A DNA stretch of 62,353 bases, the filler included, from Caldilineae bacterium (GTDB lineage: Bacteria; Chloroflexota; Anaerolineae; DTLA01): assembly GCA_037446815.1 (NCBI GenBank). It is 7 parts of 7 records of this genome, joined end to end, with 100 filler letters (N's around TTAATTAATTAA, not from the genome) between each part and the next. Parts side by side here need not be neighbours in the genome. Positions count along the whole stretch, not along the records: positions 53,656 to 62,353 come from JBBIHX010000128.1; 6 more parts are not named here. One strand, given 5' to 3'. Below, piece by piece: positions 59,206 through 62,353 of this stretch. Both the position numbers and the translations under genes were made by a program. A model generated the notes under the pieces. It saw nothing but the letters and a program-made list of their open reading frames with translations. It made no database searches and had not been told where the DNA came from. Each line of letters begins with the position of its first letter. Within the stretch, counting starts at the first letter, position 1.

Positions 59206-61044
59206 GTGAATCCCGGTCGGTTCAAGAATGGGTTCGTATATCTGCTCATCCTGGTGGCGGCGGTGGCCCTGTTGTACAGCCTGTTCACGCCCAGCCAGAA
59301 GCCGCAAGAGATTGACATCAGCGAGGTTGCCAAGCAGGCGCAGGATGGCCTGATTCGCGAGATTCGCGTCAAGGATGACGTCATCAAGATCGTGTACAAG
59401 AACCCCGACGTGCCCGAGGCCACCTCGCGCAAGGAGCCCGGCATCAGCGCCATCCAGACGCTGAAGGACCTGGGGGTGAGCCAGGAGCAACTGGCCAAAA
59501 TCACGTTCAAGATGGAGCCGCCCAGCGAGGTGGGCAACTGGATCGCCATCCTGGGCAGTTTCGTGCCCATGCTGATGGTGTTCGCGCTGTTCTATTTCCT
59601 GATGCGCCAGGCGCAGGGCACCAACAACCAGGCCCTCTCGTTTGGCAAGAGCCGCGCCCGCCTGTTCACCGGCGACAAGCCCACCGTTACGTTTGACGAC
59701 GTGGCCGGCGCGGACGAGGCGAAACAGGAACTGCGCGAGGTGGTGGAATTCCTGAAGGAGCCGCAGAAGTTCATCGCCCTGGGCGCGCGGATTCCCAAGG
59801 GCGTGCTCCTGGTGGGCGCGCCGGGCACCGGCAAGACGCTCATGGCCAAGGCCGTGTCGGGCGAGGCCGGCGTGCCGTTCTTCAGCATCAGCGGCTCCGA
59901 GTTCGTGGAGATGTTCGTGGGCGTGGGCGCGTCGCGCGTCCGCGACCTGTTTGACCAGGCCAAGAAGCACGCGCCCTGCATCGTCTTCGTGGACGAGATT
60001 GACGCCGTCGGCCGGCATCGCGGCGCGGGCCTGGGTGGCAGCCACGACGAGCGCGAGCAGACCCTCAACCAGATTCTCGTGGAGATGGACGGGTTTGACA
60101 CCGATACCAACGTCATCATCATGGCGGCGACCAACCGCCCCGACATCCTGGACCCGGCGCTGTTGCGGCCGGGACGGTTTGACCGCCGCGTGGTGATGGA
60201 CCCGCCCGACGTGAAGGGGCGCCGGGGCATCCTGGAAGTGCACGTGCGCGGCAAGCCCCTGGCGTCGGATGTGGACCTGGACGCCCTGGCCAAAGACACG
60301 CCCGGCTTCGTGGGTGCCGACATTGAGAACATGGTCAACGAGGCGGCCATTCTGGCAGCCCGCCGAAACAAGAAGCGCATCAGCATGGCGGAGTTTGAGG
60401 AGGCCATTGAGAAGGTCCTGATGGGGCCTGAGCGCAAGAGCCGACTGCTCAGTCCCGAGGACAAGCGCATCACGGCCTACCACGAGGCAGGCCATGCCGT
60501 CGTCGGCCGTAGCCTGCCCAATTGCGACCCGGTGCGGAAACTCACCATCATCCCGCGCGGTCTGGCGCTGGGGCTCACGGCGACGCGACCCGAAGGCGAT
60601 CGGTACATCCGCACGCGGTCCAAGTTCCTGGACGACATGGCTTTTATGCTGGGCGGGCGCGCCGCCGAGGAACTCATCTTCAACGAGATTACCACCGGCG
60701 CGCAGAACGACATGGAGCAGGCCACCCAACTCGCCCGCCAGATGGTAACCCGCTACGGCATGAGCGAGCGGCTCGGCCCGATGGTCTGGGGCCAGAAGGA
60801 GGAACTGGTCTTCCTCGGGCGCGAGATCGGCGAGCAGCGCGACTACAGCGAGAAGGTGGCGCAGGAGATTGACGAAGAGGTGCGCCGCATCATCAACAGC
60901 GCCTACGAGCGGGCGAAAGAAGTCCTGCTGGCGAACAAGGAGCGCCTTGTGGCCATTGCCGAGGCGCTGATTGAGAAAGAAACGCTGGACGAGAAGGAGT
61001 TTGAGGCCTTCTTCCAGCAGGAATCGGCCCCCGCCGCAGGGTAG
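59206..61044 (+). CDS. ftsH: ATP-dependent zinc metalloprotease FtsH
   Basis: two TMs, [43 protein letters not shown] extended -10 at 59073-59081. Confidence 0.99.
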   Translation: MNPGRFKNGFVYLLILVAAVALLYSLFTPSQKPQEIDISEVAKQAQDGLIREIRVKDDVIKIVYKNPDVPEATSRKEPGISAIQTLKDLGVSQEQLAKITFKMEPPSEVGNWIAILGSFVPMLMVFALFYFLMRQAQGTNNQALSFGKSRARLFTGDKPTVTFDDVAGADEAKQELREVVEFLKEPQKFIALGARIPKGVLLVGAPGTGKTLMAKAVSGEAGVPFFSISGSEFVEMFVGVGASRVRDLFDQAKKHAPCIVFVDEIDAVGRHRGAGLGGSHDEREQTLNQILVEMDGFDTDTNVIIMAATNRPDILDPALLRPGRFDRRVVMDPPDVKGRRGILEVHVRGKPLASDVDLDALAKDTPGFVGADIENMVNEAAILAARRNKKRISMAEFEEAIEKVLMGPERKSRLLSPEDKRITAYHEAGHAVVGRSLPNCDPVRKLTIIPRGLALGLTATRPEGDRYIRTRSKFLDDMAFMLGGRAAEELIFNEITTGAQNDMEQATQLARQMVTRYGMSERLGPMVWGQKEELVFLGREIGEQRDYSEKVAQEIDEEVRRIINSAYERAKEVLLANKERLVAIAEALIEKETLDEKEFEAFFQQESAPAAG

Positions 61045-61124
61045 TCAACGCGAGCATGTGGGAGCCAGGAGCCCCAAGCCTGGCTCCTTTTCGTCTCTAC
61101 ATCGCACGCACAGGAGAGGATTCG

Positions 61125-61529
61125 GTGGAACAACTTGCGCCCGGCCTGACCGGAACGGTAACGTTGGTGGTGGAGCCTGAGCACACGGCGAAGCACCTGG
61201 GCAGCGGGAACGTCCACGTCTTCGCGACGCCGCAGATGGTCCGGCTGATGGAGATTGCCTCGGTCCAGGCGGTGGATCATCTGCTGCCCGAGGGGCATCG
61301 CACGGTGGGCATCGGCCTGGACGTGCGCCACCTGGCGGCCACCCCCGTCGGCATGACGGTTACGGCCAAGTCCGAACTGATTCAGGTGGACGGCCGCAGA
61401 CTGGTGTTCCACGTGGAGGCATGGGACGAGCAGGAGAAGATCGGCGAGGGCACCCATACCCGCGCCATCATAGACGTGCAACGCTTCGGCCAGAAGGTGC
61501 GCGAAAAGGCCGAACGCGCCGGCAAGTAG
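61125..61529 (+). CDS. hot-dog fold thioesterase (FlK-like)
   Basis: GSG..VFATPQMVRLME, TVG..VRHLAATPVG, GEGTHTR; GTG start after GGAGAGG. Confidence 0.9.
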   Translation: MEQLAPGLTGTVTLVVEPEHTAKHLGSGNVHVFATPQMVRLMEIASVQAVDHLLPEGHRTVGIGLDVRHLAATPVGMTVTAKSELIQVDGRRLVFHVEAWDEQEKIGEGTHTRAIIDVQRFGQKVREKAERAGK

Positions 61530-61538
61530 CGGCCCGCA

Positions 61539-62033
61539 CTATTTGTCCAGGCCTCTCAAGTAGGCCAGCAGCATCTGCAGGGCGGCTTCCGCCGAAGCGG
61601 CCTTGTTCCCCTCGCGGTCAAAGGGCCAGACGTGGCGGACGCACTGCGAGAAACCCCGCGCCGAGAGCGCAATGTACACCAGCCCGACAGGCTTGCCCGG
61701 AAGGCCCCCCGTCGGCCCGGCGATGCCCGTGGCCGAGAGGCCGATGTCGGTCCCGAAGGCGCGTCGTACCCTGTCGGCCATCTCGCGCGCCGTCTCCTCG
61801 CTCACCGCGCCGTGCTCGTACAGCGTGTCGTGATTCACGCCCAGCAGCCGCTCCTTGGCCGCGTAGGAGTAGGCCACGACGCCGCCCTCCAGATAGCGCG
61901 AACTCCCGGGGACGTTGGTGATGCGGTGGCAGATGAGCCCGCCGGTGCACGATTCGGCCACGGCGAGGGTCAGCGCGTGCCGAACAAGCAGGTCGGCGAT
62001 GGCGACTTCGGGCTTCGTACGGTCCTCGTCCAT
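61539..62033 (-). CDS. CinA C-terminal domain / NMN deamidase (PncC-like)
   Basis: AVAESCTGG, PGSS, YS..AK, GAVSEE, TGIAGPTGG..KPVGLV. Confidence 0.92.
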   Translation of the reverse strand: MDEDRTKPEVAIADLLVRHALTLAVAESCTGGLICHRITNVPGSSRYLEGGVVAYSYAAKERLLGVNHDTLYEHGAVSEETAREMADRVRRAFGTDIGLSATGIAGPTGGLPGKPVGLVYIALSARGFSQCVRHVWPFDREGNKAASAEAALQMLLAYLRGLDK

Positions 62034-62115
62034 TGCGCAGCGTCTTCCTTTCCGAGAAGGTGGTCGCATTATACCACAGTTCGCGCGCATGGCATCATGC
62101 GCCCCGGCCGGGGGA

Positions 62116-62353
62116 CGGCATCCATGGATAGCACGGATTGCGCCGATGTGGAATGGCCCCGATGTAGGGGCGACCGGCCGGTTGCCCCTGCCCCGATCCG
62201 CGAATCGCACGAATCTACGCGAATTGGGCAGCGGCTTTGGCCCCGCGCGGCCACGCTCCCTCGCCCGCCGGGGCGGGAGAGGGCTGGGGTGAGGGGCCAC
62301 GCTCCCTCGCCCGTCGGGAGAGGGCCGGGGGTGAGGGGCAACGCTCCCTCGCC
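62116..62353. repeat. REP-like mosaic at the contig end
   Basis: GTAGGGGCGACCGGCCGGTTGCCCCT, GCGGCTTTGGCCCCGCGCGGCCA, tandem reverse CCCTCACCCC units. Confidence 0.8.

Overview
High-GC (about 65-70% by eye) bacterial DNA, most consistent with a Chloroflexota (Anaerolineae-like) draft genome or MAG; the taxonomy is inferred from gene content and protein style. The window is not contiguous: it holds seven contigs of about 8.7-9.0 kb, sorted by length and joined by artificial N44-TTAATTAATTAA-N44 linkers, so gene neighbourhood is meaningful only within a contig. Most genes are housekeeping (ssb, ileS with an Ile T-box, lspA, holB, groESL with CIRCE, miaA, rnhB, rplS, lon, clpB, pfkA, dnaE, ftsH). 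Four things stand out. (1) An operon at 120-4461 in which a signal-peptide, single-pass membrane protein ending in an 8-Cys tail (CACACACACAGCACACAGGGR) is translationally coupled to a PqqD/RRE-radical SAM-SPASM enzyme, flanked by a Zn-ribbon membrane protein and a methyltransferase; this is a candidate RiPP-like system that modifies a membrane protein. (2) A 150-bp MITE with terminal inverted repeats and 8-bp target duplications; four of its five copies sit exactly 15 bp upstream of the -35 box of a sigma70-type promoter. (3) An Amt-fold transporter that lacks both twin-His residues and other pore residues. (4) Strong avoidance of TCGA, AGCT and GTSAC, plus intergenic mosaics built from many REP-like palindrome families.
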